DNA of 64,000 nt from an uncultured Actinomyces sp. (GCA_964345565.1 CAYFRO010000002.1:2340-66339); one strand, 5' to 3'. Positions 35,166-45,422 are shown, counted from the stretch's first letter. Numbers and translations: made by a program. The notes: a model not told the origin generated them from the sequence alone.

Positions 35166-36146
35166 GTGACAACACCCGCGTTACTGTTGTTAGTGGTGCT
35201 GGCGTTCATCAGCCTTGCCTCTGCTGTGATCATCGTGGCTGCACTGGTCCAAAAGCCAACCCGCCAGTGGCGGGAGCAGTGGGCGAGGAACACGGCAGAC
35301 CTGCGGGAGGCCGGAACCAAAACGCTCCGCGGCGAGCCCGTGCAACCCAAGCGAGTCTCTTTTGATGAACTGTGGGTTGGGGTAGAGGCCAGGGAAGCGG
35401 GCCTAGTGGCCCCACCTGGGGCGCAGCCCGTTCACGTCCCAGCCTCGGGTTCGGCCGTGCAACCTGAAGTCCCACACAAAACATCCAAGTACCCGCCGTG
35501 GTCACCTCCTCCGGAAGCACCACCACCTCCTACTTTTGACGAACTGCTTGCAGCGGACTTGATCGGGACCACGAACCCGGGGGCTTCCGATATCAGTGCT
35601 ACCCCGGACGCCACGTTCAGCGAATTCCTGGTCACACTTCCAAGCTTGTTCAAGGCCTTTTGGGAAAAGGTCACTTCGCGCGCGTCTGACGCGTTTGGGT
35701 CGACCGAACGTGCAGACCAGTCGGGGCCGACTTCACCTCTTCCTGCATTGCCGGCACCCCCCGACGACTTCTTGGAACCTGTTCCTGCGCCGCCCGAGCC
35801 CCCAGCCGACTTCCTGGAGCCCCTCCCCGCGCCGCCCGAGCCTCCCGCCGACTTTTCTGCTGAGGAAACCGAGCGGCAACTGTGGGAGCAACCGACAACG
35901 GGAACACCAGAGCTGGGTGTTCCAGTACCCCCCTCTCCCTCTGACGAACCTCACGGGTACGTGCACTGGTTCCCGCACGCCGATGAGGTCGGAAGCGACG
36001 AAGACGCTCCATCGCTCAGCAGCTGGGTTGGGGGCTTGAAATACCTACAGGAACCTCACACCGCGGACCATTGGAGCTCGCGACTCCCGAAGCTGAGCGA
36101 GACGGCGCCGCAGCTACTGGAAGACGACCCGAACGTCCTCAGTTAG
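35166..36146 (+). CDS. Hypothetical single-pass membrane protein, Pro-rich with 13-aa tandem repeats
   Basis: GTG 35166 after GGAAGGGGAAGG gives VTTPALLLLVVLAFISLASAVIIVAAL (TM helix). It continues with LPAPPDDFLEP / VPAPPEPPADFLEP / LPAPPEPPADFSAE repeats. No family recognised. Confidence 0.55.
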   Translation: MTTPALLLLVVLAFISLASAVIIVAALVQKPTRQWREQWARNTADLREAGTKTLRGEPVQPKRVSFDELWVGVEAREAGLVAPPGAQPVHVPASGSAVQPEVPHKTSKYPPWSPPPEAPPPPTFDELLAADLIGTTNPGASDISATPDATFSEFLVTLPSLFKAFWEKVTSRASDAFGSTERADQSGPTSPLPALPAPPDDFLEPVPAPPEPPADFLEPLPAPPEPPADFSAEETERQLWEQPTTGTPELGVPVPPSPSDEPHGYVHWFPHADEVGSDEDAPSLSSWVGGLKYLQEPHTADHWSSRLPKLSETAPQLLEDDPNVLS

Positions 36147-36214
36147 GCGTCTTCCACTAAGCTTCTCTTCTCCAAGTAGCCTGGGACCGAAAGCCCCAGC
36201 CGGAAGGATCTAAC

Positions 36215-37432
36215 GTGACAAGTTTTACGGACTTACTCAGCACTCCCGTAGGCATCATTGTCGCCATTTTGGTGGTCGCAGTAGTGGTCGCGTCCGCCTG
36301 GTTCGCAGTGGTGACGATACGTTCGAAGCGCTCTGACGAGATATCTAAAGAGAGTCCTGTCACCAAGGAGGTTCCGCCTCCTCCAAAGGTTGAAGAGCAG
36401 GAACCCTCCCGCGAGCCGGAAACAGAGCCAGTACCTGAGCCCGAGCCCGAGCCAGTTGTAGAGCCCGAGCCCGAACTTGTTGTAGACGTCCCAGAGCGCG
36501 CCGCGACCAGGATGGAGCGTCTGCGTGCCCGCCTGGCTTCTTCGGGAGCGATCGGGAACGCACTCCTTTCTATCTTTGCGCGCGGGGAACTGTCCGCCTC
36601 TGACTGGGAAGAAATCGAAGAAACCCTTCTCCTCGCCGACGTTGGCCTTGGCCCAACTGAGGAGATCATGGCGAATCTGCAGCAGGAGGCCCGGGTCCGC
36701 GGTGGATTAGATGCTGCGGCCGCGAAAGAAGTCTTGCGGGCTGCCCTTTTGGACCTGGTGGCGATGGACGCGTCCCGCGACTTGGAACTCACCAAGCCCA
36801 CGTATGAAAACGGCGAAGCCGGGCCGGCTTCTCTCCTGGTTGTCGGCGTGAACGGCACAGGCAAAACCACAACGGTGGGCAAACTGGCTCGTCTCCTCAC
36901 CGCAGAAGACCAGGACGTCCTCCTTGGAGCGGCGGACACGTTCCGCGCGGCGGCCACCGAACAGTTGACCACCTGGGCGGATCGGGTGGGAGTCCCCGTG
37001 GTTGCTTCCGACCGTGAGGGCGCCGACCCTGCATCCGTGGCTTTCGAGGCAGTGAAGGCCGGCCAAGAAAAAGACGTAGACGTGGTGATTGTCGACACCG
37101 CGGGCCGTCTCCAAACAAAAGCGACGCTGATGGACGAACTGGGGAAGATCCGGAGAGTCATGGAGAAACAGGGTCCTTTGAGCGAGGTTCTCTTAGTCCT
37201 TGATGCAACCACCGGACAGAACGGAATGCGCCAAGCTGAAGTGTTCGCCGAAGCTGTGGGGATAACGGGGATCATCCTGACGAAGCTCGATGGGTCCGCC
37301 AAGGGCGGGATCGTGTTTGCGGTCCAGAAGGAGCTTGGTGTGCCCGTGAAACTTGTGGGGCTCGGTGAAGGTCCGGATGACCTTGCGCCCTTTGATCCCG
37401 AGTCATTCGTCGACGCCATCATTGGTGAATGA
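36215..37432 (+). CDS. ftsY: Signal recognition particle receptor FtsY
   Basis: N-terminal TM helix plus acidic PEPE region, GVNGTGKTTTVGKLA, DTAGRLQ, TKLDGSAKGG. GTG start after GGAAGGA. Confidence 0.95.
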   Translation: MTSFTDLLSTPVGIIVAILVVAVVVASAWFAVVTIRSKRSDEISKESPVTKEVPPPPKVEEQEPSREPETEPVPEPEPEPVVEPEPELVVDVPERAATRMERLRARLASSGAIGNALLSIFARGELSASDWEEIEETLLLADVGLGPTEEIMANLQQEARVRGGLDAAAAKEVLRAALLDLVAMDASRDLELTKPTYENGEAGPASLLVVGVNGTGKTTTVGKLARLLTAEDQDVLLGAADTFRAAATEQLTTWADRVGVPVVASDREGADPASVAFEAVKAGQEKDVDVVIVDTAGRLQTKATLMDELGKIRRVMEKQGPLSEVLLVLDATTGQNGMRQAEVFAEAVGITGIILTKLDGSAKGGIVFAVQKELGVPVKLVGLGEGPDDLAPFDPESFVDAIIGE

Positions 37433-37488
37433 CCCTGATGTAGCCTGTCCGTGGCCCCGGGGCCGCGAACTAACCTGTAAGGAGACCC

Positions 37489-39093
37489 GTGTTCAACACA
37501 CTCTCAGATCGCCTAAGCGCGTCATTCCGGCGGTTGCGCGGGAAAGGTCGACTTTCCGAGGCCGACGTCGATGAGACTCTTTCTGAGATTCGCAGAGCTC
37601 TCCTCGACGCTGACGTTGCTCTTCCCGTAGTCCGCGAGTTCATTAGTCAGGTCCGCGAAAAGGCGTACGGTGCGGCACGCTCCGAAGCACTAAACCCCGG
37701 ACAGCAAGTTGTCCAGGTCGTGCATGACCAGCTGGTGGAAATACTGGGTGGGGAAAGCCGCGAACTCATTTTTGCCAAGCGCGGACCCACGGTCTTCATG
37801 CTTGCTGGTCTCCAGGGCGCAGGGAAGACAACGCTGGCAGGGAAACTCGGCAAGTGGCTGAAGGACAATGACAAGTCCGTGCTCTTGGTGGCATCAGACC
37901 TTCAAAGGCCCAACGCCGTAACTCAGCTGGAGGTTGTGGGCGAGCGCGCCGGGGTCCAGGTTTGGGCCCCTGAACCCGGGAACGGCGTGGGTGACCCCGT
38001 TCAGGTCGCACGGAGCGGTCTGAACTACGCGATTGAGAACGGGCTCGACGTCGTCATTGTCGACACGGCCGGACGGCTCGGCATCGACGAAGAAATGATG
38101 GAGCAGGCTCGAGACATCCGCGACGCGGTCGAACCTGATGAGACCATCTTTGTTCTGGACGCCATGGTGGGCCAGGACGCGGTCCAGACCTCGACCGCTT
38201 TCCGTGACGGTGTTGGCTTCACGGGTGTTGCCATGTCGAAGCTGGACGGTGACGCTCGCGGTGGTGCGGCGCTGTCGGTGCGTGGAGTAACAGGGGCTCC
38301 GATTCTTTTCGCCTCGACGGGCGAGGGACTGGATGACTTTGAGCGTTTCCACGCCGACCGCATGGCTGGCCGGATCCTAGATATGGGCGACATTCTCACC
38401 CTGATTGAGCAGGCTGAGAAGAAGTTTGACCAGGATGAAGCCGAAGCGATGGCCAAGAAGGCCATGTCTGGCGAACTCACGCTGGATGATTTCTTGGCGC
38501 AGCTGCAACAGGTCAAGAAGCTCGGGTCCATGAAGAAGGTGCTCGGCATGATGCCCGGCATGGGCCAGATGCGTGAACAGCTTGACAACTTTGACGAGCG
38601 CGAAGTGGACCGGGTTGAAGCAATCGTTCGGTCAATGACCCCCGCGGAACGCCAGGACGTGAAGATCCTGAACGGATCAAGACGATCCAGGATCGCTCGG
38701 GGTTCGGGTACGACGGTTGCGGACGTGAACTCGCTGGTGAAGCGGTTCGAGGGCGCGAAGGCGATGATGTCGTCGATGGGCTCCGGTGGGATGGGAGCTG
38801 GCGTCCCGGATTTCCAGGCGATGGCGCAGGGTCGAAGCGGTGGTCGGGCTAAGCAGAGGCAGAACGCTAGGGCCGCGCAGGCGCGCAAGCGGCGGGTCGC
38901 GAAGAAGGCCCGTTCGGGTAACCCTGCGAAGCGGCGCCAGCAGGAGCTTGAAGCGATGTTGCCGCCAGAGCAGCGCAAGAAGGCTTCGCCACAGGGAGCC
39001 GCTTTTGGAATGCCAGGGGGTCAGCAGGCTCCTACGCGTGAGTCGTTGGACGCTTTGCCAGACGACTTGAAGCGGATGCTCGGCAGAGTCTAG
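37489..39093 (+). CDS. ffh: Signal recognition particle protein Ffh
   Basis: MFNTLSDRL.., GLQGAGKTT, DTAGRLG, SKLDGDARGGAALS, Met-rich M domain, basic C-terminal tail. Confidence 0.95.
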   Translation: MFNTLSDRLSASFRRLRGKGRLSEADVDETLSEIRRALLDADVALPVVREFISQVREKAYGAARSEALNPGQQVVQVVHDQLVEILGGESRELIFAKRGPTVFMLAGLQGAGKTTLAGKLGKWLKDNDKSVLLVASDLQRPNAVTQLEVVGERAGVQVWAPEPGNGVGDPVQVARSGLNYAIENGLDVVIVDTAGRLGIDEEMMEQARDIRDAVEPDETIFVLDAMVGQDAVQTSTAFRDGVGFTGVAMSKLDGDARGGAALSVRGVTGAPILFASTGEGLDDFERFHADRMAGRILDMGDILTLIEQAEKKFDQDEAEAMAKKAMSGELTLDDFLAQLQQVKKLGSMKKVLGMMPGMGQMREQLDNFDEREVDRVEAIVRSMTPAERQDVKILNGSRRSRIARGSGTTVADVNSLVKRFEGAKAMMSSMGSGGMGAGVPDFQAMAQGRSGGRAKQRQNARAAQARKRRVAKKARSGNPAKRRQQELEAMLPPEQRKKASPQGAAFGMPGGQQAPTRESLDALPDDLKRMLGRV

Positions 39094-39115
39094 AGCTGAC
39101 GGTTCGGCCGCGGGT

Positions 39116-40102
39116 TTAGGTCCAGCGAGCTTCTTGGACTTCCGTGAGCACCCGCTTTGCCGTACGTGCGTCCAGGTTCGCCCCGCTGGAAACCACTCCG
39201 GGCCTAAGCCCGTCGGGGAGGTCGGTACCCATCGGAAGGTTCAGCACTTTGCCTCCGGCAACTCGGACCATGTGGATTCCCGCCGCAACATCCCACGGCT
39301 TGAAACCCACGCCCATCGAAACCCCAATCCACCCCGCAGCCACATGCGCCAAGTCCAGGGCTCCCGCCCCGGGACGCCGCACTGTTGCGTAGTTGGTCAT
39401 CAAGGCCCGGTCGTGATCAAGCGCCATCTGCGGCCGGTTGTTCAGTGCCCAGAGCCCCGGATAGTAAGTCGCCAGAAGAGCGGTGTCCTCACTGCTTGGC
39501 CCGTCCGCCCTCATTTTGGTTTCAACCCCGCCCGGACCGACGTGCCACGCCCTAGTCGCATCAGCCAGGAACGATTCCCCAACCACCGGGACAGTGATGG
39601 CACCTGCAACGACCTTGCCGTCCAGCTCCGCAGCGATCGAAGTACAGAAGTAGACCAGGCCGGAAGCAAAGTTCGCGGTTCCGTCAATCGGGTCGATAAT
39701 CCAACGGACTCGGGCCCCCAAGTCTGTCACGTCGCCGATGAAGGGCGAGGTGGCGTTTGGTGCCAACCCACCCTCGCCCATCTCCTCGCCCAGGAAACGA
39801 GACCCGGGAACAGCGTTCGAAAGGAACCGCCTCAGCGACTCCTCCGTCGCCTTGTCATGAACTGTCACCGGGTCGTGGATGCTCGCCTTGGTATCGATGG
39901 TTGGCGCCGATCTTGCGACGCTCTTGAGGTACGGTGCGACGCTCAAAGCCGCCTGGTGGGCCACATGCAGAAGCTGGGTGTCTAGTGGAAGCTCGGAAAG
40001 GTCGCGTAGCGGCGGCCCGGACGCGGCCACCTGCCGCGGTTCAGGCGCGCCTTCGCCCGGCAGATCGGCGGGATTTTCTTCGGGGTAGACATCGTGGCTC
40101 AT
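39116..40102 (-). CDS. Inositol monophosphatase-family protein (SuhB/CysQ-like)
   Basis: FLGEEMGE, WIIDPIDGTANF, KPWDVAAG motifs. Confidence 0.85.
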   Translation of the reverse strand: MSHDVYPEENPADLPGEGAPEPRQVAASGPPLRDLSELPLDTQLLHVAHQAALSVAPYLKSVARSAPTIDTKASIHDPVTVHDKATEESLRRFLSNAVPGSRFLGEEMGEGGLAPNATSPFIGDVTDLGARVRWIIDPIDGTANFASGLVYFCTSIAAELDGKVVAGAITVPVVGESFLADATRAWHVGPGGVETKMRADGPSSEDTALLATYYPGLWALNNRPQMALDHDRALMTNYATVRRPGAGALDLAHVAAGWIGVSMGVGFKPWDVAAGIHMVRVAGGKVLNLPMGTDLPDGLRPGVVSSGANLDARTAKRVLTEVQEARWT

Positions 40103-40366
40103 GACTCTAGTGTGGCTGAAGGTGGCGGTCCGTGGGTGAAGCGAAGCTCGACGCTACGTCGCTCCGTGATCGATTGCACGAGCCGGGGCCCCCTTTTCAG
40201 CGCGGACCGGGCTGGCGCCGGGCCCCAATGTCGCTAGACTTGGCGCTTGTACTCGCTGGTTTGGATCCCTCTCAATCCTCACCAGCGGTCCACGAAGGGC
40301 TAGGACTTGTCGTGACCCACCGGCGGGGCTCGGCCCTCAACCAATAGATTTGGAGAAACCACAAAA

Positions 40367-40858
40367 GTGGCAGTTCGTATTCGTTTGAAGCGGATGGGTT
40401 CCATCCACAACCCCTACTTCCGCGTCGTAGTTGTTGATTCACGCAAGAAGCGTGACGGTCGCGTGATCGAGGAGATCGGCACGTACGATCCGACTCCCAA
40501 CCCGTCCCTGATTGACATCGACTCGGAGCGCGCTGTTTACTGGCTCGGCGTCGGGGCGCAGCCGTCTGACCAGGCTCGTCGCCTGCTCAGCCTGACCGGC
40601 GACCTGGCCCGTGCGAATGGCAAAGAAAATGTTGTTTCCCGCGTGAAGGTCGCGGAGGACGACAAGGCAGCCGCGACCGCTGCGGCAGTGAAAGCCGCCG
40701 AAGATAAGGCTCAGAAGACCAAGGCCGACGCAGCGGCTGACAAGGCCAAGGAAGAGGCCGCGAAGGCTGCCGTCGCCCAAGCCGAAGCTGCAGACCAGCA
40801 GGTCAAGGAAGCGGATGCTGCCCTAGCTGAGGAAGTTCAGGAAGCAGCTGACAAGTGA
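40367..40858 (+). CDS. rpsP: 30S ribosomal protein S16 (with Ala/Lys/Glu-rich C-terminal extension)
   Basis: (M)[34 protein letters not shown] start after GGAG. Confidence 0.95.
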   Translation: MAVRIRLKRMGSIHNPYFRVVVVDSRKKRDGRVIEEIGTYDPTPNPSLIDIDSERAVYWLGVGAQPSDQARRLLSLTGDLARANGKENVVSRVKVAEDDKAAATAAAVKAAEDKAQKTKADAAADKAKEEAAKAAVAQAEAADQQVKEADAALAEEVQEAADK

Positions 40859-41088
40859 GCATGCTTGCTGACGCTCTAGAGCACCTGACGCGCGGCATCG
40901 TCGACAATCCCGACGACGTCCGCGTCTCCTCAAGGGCGACTCGTCGCGGCGAAATGCTTGAGGTCCGCGTGAACCCGGATGACCTGGGCAGGGTCATTGG
41001 TCGCGGTGGACGCACGGCCAGGGCTCTTCGCACAGTGATTTCTGCGCTACACGGTCCCGGACACGTCCGCGTCGACGTCATCGAGTAA
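40855..41088 (+). CDS. KH-domain RNA-binding protein (UPF0109/YlqC family)
   Basis: [18 protein letters not shown] (GxxG KH loop). GTGA overlap with rpsP. Conserved rpsP-KH-rimM order. Confidence 0.85.
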   Translation: MSMLADALEHLTRGIVDNPDDVRVSSRATRRGEMLEVRVNPDDLGRVIGRGGRTARALRTVISALHGPGHVRVDVIE

Positions 41089-41639
41089 TGACTCCGCAGC
41101 TGCTGCTGGCCGGGATCGTCGGCGCGGCCAGGGGCCTCAAGGGCGAAGTTTTCGTCCAGGCCCGAACTGATCGCGCCCAGCAAGTTTTTGCTCCCGGAGA
41201 GCAGCTCACACTGGAAAAGCCCTCTAAAGGTGCGCCAAGCGACGCATCCGCAGAGGGCTTTTTGGTTTCCCTTGGTGGGACTCTCACAGTGAAGCAGTGT
41301 CAGTTCCAAGGCACGCGGCTTCTGTGCCGGTTCGAAGGCGTGGAAAACAGGGACCAAGCCGAAGCCCTGCGCGGCTACCGATTGCTCACTGAAGAGGTAA
41401 GCGAGCAGGACGCCTGGTATCCACACCAGCTAGCAGGACTTCGTGCATACATCCCGGACGGAGAGTTCCTTGGGACCGTTACGGGCCTCCATGAGGGGGC
41501 GGCCCACGACCAGCTACTGGTCGAGGTGGACGGTAAGGAGACCATGGTCCCGTTCGTTCGTGAGATCGTGCCCCAGGTTTCCCTAGCTGACCAAAGGGTC
41601 GTGATCGACGCGCCCCCGGGCCTATTCGACCTCGACTAG
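41088..41639 (+). CDS. rimM: Ribosome maturation factor RimM
   Basis: LLLAGIVGAARGLKGEVFV, a PRC-barrel C-terminal part, operon position. Confidence 0.88.
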   Translation: MTPQLLLAGIVGAARGLKGEVFVQARTDRAQQVFAPGEQLTLEKPSKGAPSDASAEGFLVSLGGTLTVKQCQFQGTRLLCRFEGVENRDQAEALRGYRLLTEEVSEQDAWYPHQLAGLRAYIPDGEFLGTVTGLHEGAAHDQLLVEVDGKETMVPFVREIVPQVSLADQRVVIDAPPGLFDLD

Positions 41640-41648
41640 AGGGACGCA

Positions 41649-42980
41649 ATGCGATTCGACCTTGTCACCATCTTCCCGGAATACTTCGACGTCCTTAACC
41701 TCTCTCTGGTTGGAAAAGCGCAAGACACAGGGAAACTGTCGATCGGGGTACACGACCTGCGGCAGTGGGCACAGGGACGCCACCTGAGCGTGGACGACAC
41801 ACCGACGGGTGGTGGTCCCGGCATGGTGATGCGACCGGACGTTTGGGGTCGCGCACTGGACTCGCTCCTGGAGGCAGGTCCTGGCGAAACCGTCCTGGCA
41901 ATCCCAACCCCCGCCGGCACACCCCTGAATCAGCGGATGCTTGAAGAGCTGTCTGCCGCGTCCCGCGTTATCGTCCTGTGCGGCAGGTACGAGGGCATTG
42001 ACTCTCGCGTTGCCCAGCACTATCGAGAACAGCCCGGCGTGAAAGTACTTGAGTTTTCCCTTGGCGACTACGTCTTGAACGGCGGGGAAGTGGCAGCACT
42101 CGCGCTGGTTGAAGGGGTGGGGCGACTTGTCGAAGGGGTTGTCGGTAACCCAGAATCCGTAACCCAGGAATCCCACTCTGATGCAGGCCTGCTCGAGGGA
42201 CCGGTTTACACCTTGCCTCGCACCTGGCAGGGACGAAGCGCACCGGACGTCCTTCTTTCAGGTGACCACGCAAGAATCGAGCGTTTCAGGCGCGACCAGG
42301 CACTGCGGAAAACAGTGACTGTGCGTCCCGATATGATCTTCGACCTCTTGGCCAGTGGGCGGCACTTCGACAGCCGTGACAGGGAAGTCTTGGCCGGGGA
42401 GGGTTTCCTGGCGACGGTTCCGCCTGCTACCACCAGCTTCCGCTTGATTTCCTCGTCCGAAAAAGATCTGTGCGCCGTGTCCGGCCTGGCCACGCGCACC
42501 TTCCCACTGGCTTGCCCGGTGGGGACCCCTCAGGAAGAGATCGACGCCTTCACCGGAGAGAATCTGACTCCAGAGGCCCTGCTCACTGAGATGACGGAGC
42601 ACGGCGCGCGCATCGGCGTCGCGGAAGTGCAGGGGGAGGCAATCGCCTACACCCTGTTGCTTCCCGCCCACCCCGAGGGGGCGTTGGGTGAGGGGCGCAG
42701 GCTGGATGACTGCGCCTATGTTTCCAAGTGTTACGCGGACGCGTCCTGGCAAGGTTCGGGTGTGGCCGGCGCGCTGATGGAATGGGCGCTTGCGGACGCG
42801 GTCCAGGCTTGGGGTTCGACGTGGAGCGCTCTTGGCACCAACCGAGGCAACAAGCGAGCCGCGCGGTTCTATCGTCGCCACGGCTACAAGAAGGACGGCA
42901 CCAGGACATTCGAGGTCGGGGGCAGGAAGCACCAGGATGACGTGTTCGTGCGCGATCTCACCCGCATTCCCCCGGATTAG
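41649..42980 (+). CDS. trmD: tRNA (guanine37-N1)-methyltransferase TrmD fused to a C-terminal GNAT-family N-acetyltransferase domain
   Basis: aa 1 to ~260: [46 protein letters not shown] (TrmD). aa ~270-443: [26 protein letters not shown] (GNAT motif A, Q-x-x-G-x-A) and [17 protein letters not shown] (motif B). Single uninterrupted 443-aa ORF. Confidence 0.85.
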   Translation: MRFDLVTIFPEYFDVLNLSLVGKAQDTGKLSIGVHDLRQWAQGRHLSVDDTPTGGGPGMVMRPDVWGRALDSLLEAGPGETVLAIPTPAGTPLNQRMLEELSAASRVIVLCGRYEGIDSRVAQHYREQPGVKVLEFSLGDYVLNGGEVAALALVEGVGRLVEGVVGNPESVTQESHSDAGLLEGPVYTLPRTWQGRSAPDVLLSGDHARIERFRRDQALRKTVTVRPDMIFDLLASGRHFDSRDREVLAGEGFLATVPPATTSFRLISSSEKDLCAVSGLATRTFPLACPVGTPQEEIDAFTGENLTPEALLTEMTEHGARIGVAEVQGEAIAYTLLLPAHPEGALGEGRRLDDCAYVSKCYADASWQGSGVAGALMEWALADAVQAWGSTWSALGTNRGNKRAARFYRRHGYKKDGTRTFEVGGRKHQDDVFVRDLTRIPPD

Positions 42981-43147
42981 GTCCTTTCAGTCACCCTTCT
43001 GCAGCGGTGTCTGTGGCAAGCTGGGTGATCGGGTCCTTGGGCCACTCCTGCCGCAGGGGGACGCCAAGACAAGGGCCCAACCAGGAACCGGGGCGCGCCC
43101 CCGCGATCTGTCGAGCCGACCTGCGGCGGTGGCGACAAGGAGAAACA

Positions 43148-43504
43148 ATGCAGAAGCTTGATGCCGTTGATGCAGCTTCCCTGAGGGACAACATTCCGAA
43201 CTTCCGCCCGGGCGACACCGTCAAGGTCCACGTCTTGGTCAAGGAAGGTAACCGTTCCCGCGTGCAAATCTTCCAGGGCGTTGTTATCGCCCGCAAGGGG
43301 TCCGGACTCACCGAAACCTTCACTGTCCGCAAGCTTTCTTTTGGCGTCGGAGTCGAACGAACCTTCCCCGTGCACTCGCCCACGATCGAACAGATCGAGG
43401 TAGTGCAGCGCGGTGACGTGCGTCGGGCCAAGCTTTACTACCTGCGCGGACGCCAGGGTAAGGCAGCGAAGGTTCGCGAAAAGCAGGTTGGGACCCTCGA
43501 CTAG
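43148..43504 (+). CDS. rplS: 50S ribosomal protein L19
   Basis: ATG 43148 after AAGGAGA gives [43 protein letters not shown]. Confidence 0.95.
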   Translation: MQKLDAVDAASLRDNIPNFRPGDTVKVHVLVKEGNRSRVQIFQGVVIARKGSGLTETFTVRKLSFGVGVERTFPVHSPTIEQIEVVQRGDVRRAKLYYLRGRQGKAAKVREKQVGTLD

Positions 43505-43550
43505 CAGACGCGGTAGGGACTGGGCTCGCTGTGGCCAGTAGACTGGCGGC

Positions 43551-44300
43551 ATGGTGAGCGCGCGGGAGGAAGACAGCTTTCGCGCACTGCCATCTCAGAC
43601 GGAGCGAGTCTTCCCGTCCCGTTTGGATCTGAGGGAGGAAGGGCCCCGTTCGCGTTTTTGGCGTTGGGCCCTTGAGATCGCGATCGTCTTAGTTGGCGCG
43701 ACGATTATTGCCCTCTTACTGCGCATGTTCGTGGTGCAGGTTTACCAGATCCCCTCTTCCTCGATGGAAGACACCCTTCAGGTCGGTTCTCGAATCGCTG
43801 TTGGGCGCCTGCCAGTGGTCGGGACCAACGTGGAACGGGGCGACGTGGTCGTCTTCGAGGACTCACTTGGCTGGCTTGGAGATTCGGACCAGGAGTCGGA
43901 CAACCCGTTTAGGTCCGTTGCAGAGTTCCTAGGGCTGTTGCCAAAGGATGGGCACCAGGTCGTGGTGAAACGCGTGATCGGTGTCGGGGGAGACACGGTT
44001 GCGTGCTGTGATGCGGAAGGGCGACTGACCGTCAACGGTGAACCCATCGATGAGACCTACGTTAAGGGGATCCTGGGATCGAGCGGAGAGTTCTCTGTTG
44101 TGGTCCCGGAAGACTCCCTGTGGGTAATGGGGGACAACAGGTCGAACTCTGCTGACTCGCTCTACCACTACAATCGCGGAACTCCCGCTTTCGTTCCCAA
44201 CTCCGCCGTCATTGGGCGTGCGTGGGCTGAGATTTGGCCCGTGAACAGGTGGTCAACTCTTGGGGCGCGCGATCTCTTCGCTGGAGTTCCAGACCCGTGA
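43551..44300 (+). CDS. lepB: Signal peptidase I
   Basis: TM helix, IPSSSMEDTL (Ser box), VVKRVIGVGGD (Lys box), GDNRSNSADS. Confidence 0.92.
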   Translation: MVSAREEDSFRALPSQTERVFPSRLDLREEGPRSRFWRWALEIAIVLVGATIIALLLRMFVVQVYQIPSSSMEDTLQVGSRIAVGRLPVVGTNVERGDVVVFEDSLGWLGDSDQESDNPFRSVAEFLGLLPKDGHQVVVKRVIGVGGDTVACCDAEGRLTVNGEPIDETYVKGILGSSGEFSVVVPEDSLWVMGDNRSNSADSLYHYNRGTPAFVPNSAVIGRAWAEIWPVNRWSTLGARDLFAGVPDP

Positions 44301-45004
44301 CCGTGAAGGCCCCAACGCGCAGATGCGAGTTGGCGCTGCTCAAAGTGGCGCGGGTGGTAATCGGGGTTGATGAAGTCGGTCGCGGTGCTTTGGCGGGGCC
44401 TGTAGCGGTCGGGGCAGCCGCGGTGGACCGGGACACGAAACGGGCCCCTGTCGGGCTTGCAGACTCCAAACTGCTGAGTGCGGGGCGGCGCGAAGCGCTT
44501 GTGGAGCCAATAAAAGCTTGGGTGAGCGCTTACAGCGTCGGCTGGGCCAGCCCGGAAGAGGTCTCACAGCTGGGGTTGACGGCCGCGTTGCGTCTTGCTG
44601 GAAGGCGCGCTCTGTTCGTGTTGCGTCCCCGCCAACAGTTGGGAGGCAAGGTCCACGTTCTGCTTGACGGGAGCCACGATTGGCTTAGTCAGGGCGACCT
44701 GTTCTCCGAAGGCTTTGACGACTCCGGGTTCCCTGAGGCCCCGTCGTGGCCGGTTACAACGCGCGTGAAAGCTGACCGTGACTGCTCAGTTGTAGCGGCC
44801 GCTTCTGTGCTGGCGAAGGTTGCGCGGGACCGCTACATGATGGAAATCCCCGATCCCGGGTACGATTGGGCCGGAAATAAGGGGTACGCGTCCGCAGCTC
44901 ACGTTCAGGCCCTGAGAACTCTGGGGGCCAGCCAGAAGCACAGGCTCGGGTGGAACTTGCCGGGCGTGGACAATGCTCCAGCCAGTAGCAAGGACAAAAG
45001 GTGA
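44297..45004 (+). CDS. rnhB: Ribonuclease HII
   Basis: IGVDEVGRGALAGPV, ADSKLL, ASVLAKVARD. GTG 44297 overlaps the lepB stop (GTGA). Start is uncertain. Confidence 0.88.
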   Translation: MTVKAPTRRCELALLKVARVVIGVDEVGRGALAGPVAVGAAAVDRDTKRAPVGLADSKLLSAGRREALVEPIKAWVSAYSVGWASPEEVSQLGLTAALRLAGRRALFVLRPRQQLGGKVHVLLDGSHDWLSQGDLFSEGFDDSGFPEAPSWPVTTRVKADRDCSVVAAASVLAKVARDRYMMEIPDPGYDWAGNKGYASAAHVQALRTLGASQKHRLGWNLPGVDNAPASSKDKR

Positions 45005-45309
45005 GCGCCGAAGAACTTGAAGCATATGAGACCGCTTCCGAACTGGAACTCTTCCGGGAGTATCGGGACGTGGTGCCGCTCTTCAACTACGTTGTTGAGA
45101 CCGAGCGCCGGTTCTACCTTTGCAATGGTGTTGAGCTCCAGGCACGTCCAGTTGGCGGGGACATTTTCTTTGACATCACGTTGACCGATGCTTGGGTGTG
45201 GGACATCTACCGTCCTTCACGCTTTGTGAAGTCCGTCCGCATTGTCACTTTTAAGGACGTGAACGTAGAGGAACTTTCTAAGCCAGACCTGGAGATCCCC
45301 ACTCCCTGA
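45001..45309 (+). CDS. DUF2469-family protein (actinobacterial conserved)
   Basis: SAEELEAYETASELELFREYRDVVPLFNYVVETERRFYLCN. Conserved position between rnhB and yraN. Confidence 0.8.
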   Translation: MSAEELEAYETASELELFREYRDVVPLFNYVVETERRFYLCNGVELQARPVGGDIFFDITLTDAWVWDIYRPSRFVKSVRIVTFKDVNVEELSKPDLEIPTP

Positions 45310-45422
45310 CGGTGAGCGCAGCCCGATTTCGCTTCCTCTCCACACACGTTAGGCCTGGCGGTTCCTAACAGTCTCACTTAGCCCTCGGGGTCAGGGGAGC
45401 GAGGCCCCCTCAATCTAGAGGG

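Noticed and set aside
36157-37422. 421-aa ORF antisense to ftsY. Similar long antisense ORFs lie opposite dhaM (30381..31142), ffh (38025..38978), rpsB/tsf (50388..51203, 51297..52082, 51340..52185), rlmN (54767..55804), rseP (57942..58772), ispG (59439..60224) and proS/def (62327..63139).
   Set aside because: Each lies exactly opposite a gene with unmistakable conserved motifs. Their translations are low-complexity and Ser/Ala/Arg/Pro-rich with no recognisable domain, which is the usual stop-codon-poor shadow frame of high-GC DNA.
42258-42932. 224-aa ORF antisense to the GNAT half of trmD, which might suggest the GNAT region is not really coding on the plus strand.
   Set aside because: The plus-strand frame shows textbook GNAT motifs A and B in the right order and spacing. 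The antisense translation is Arg/Pro/Gly-rich with no motif.
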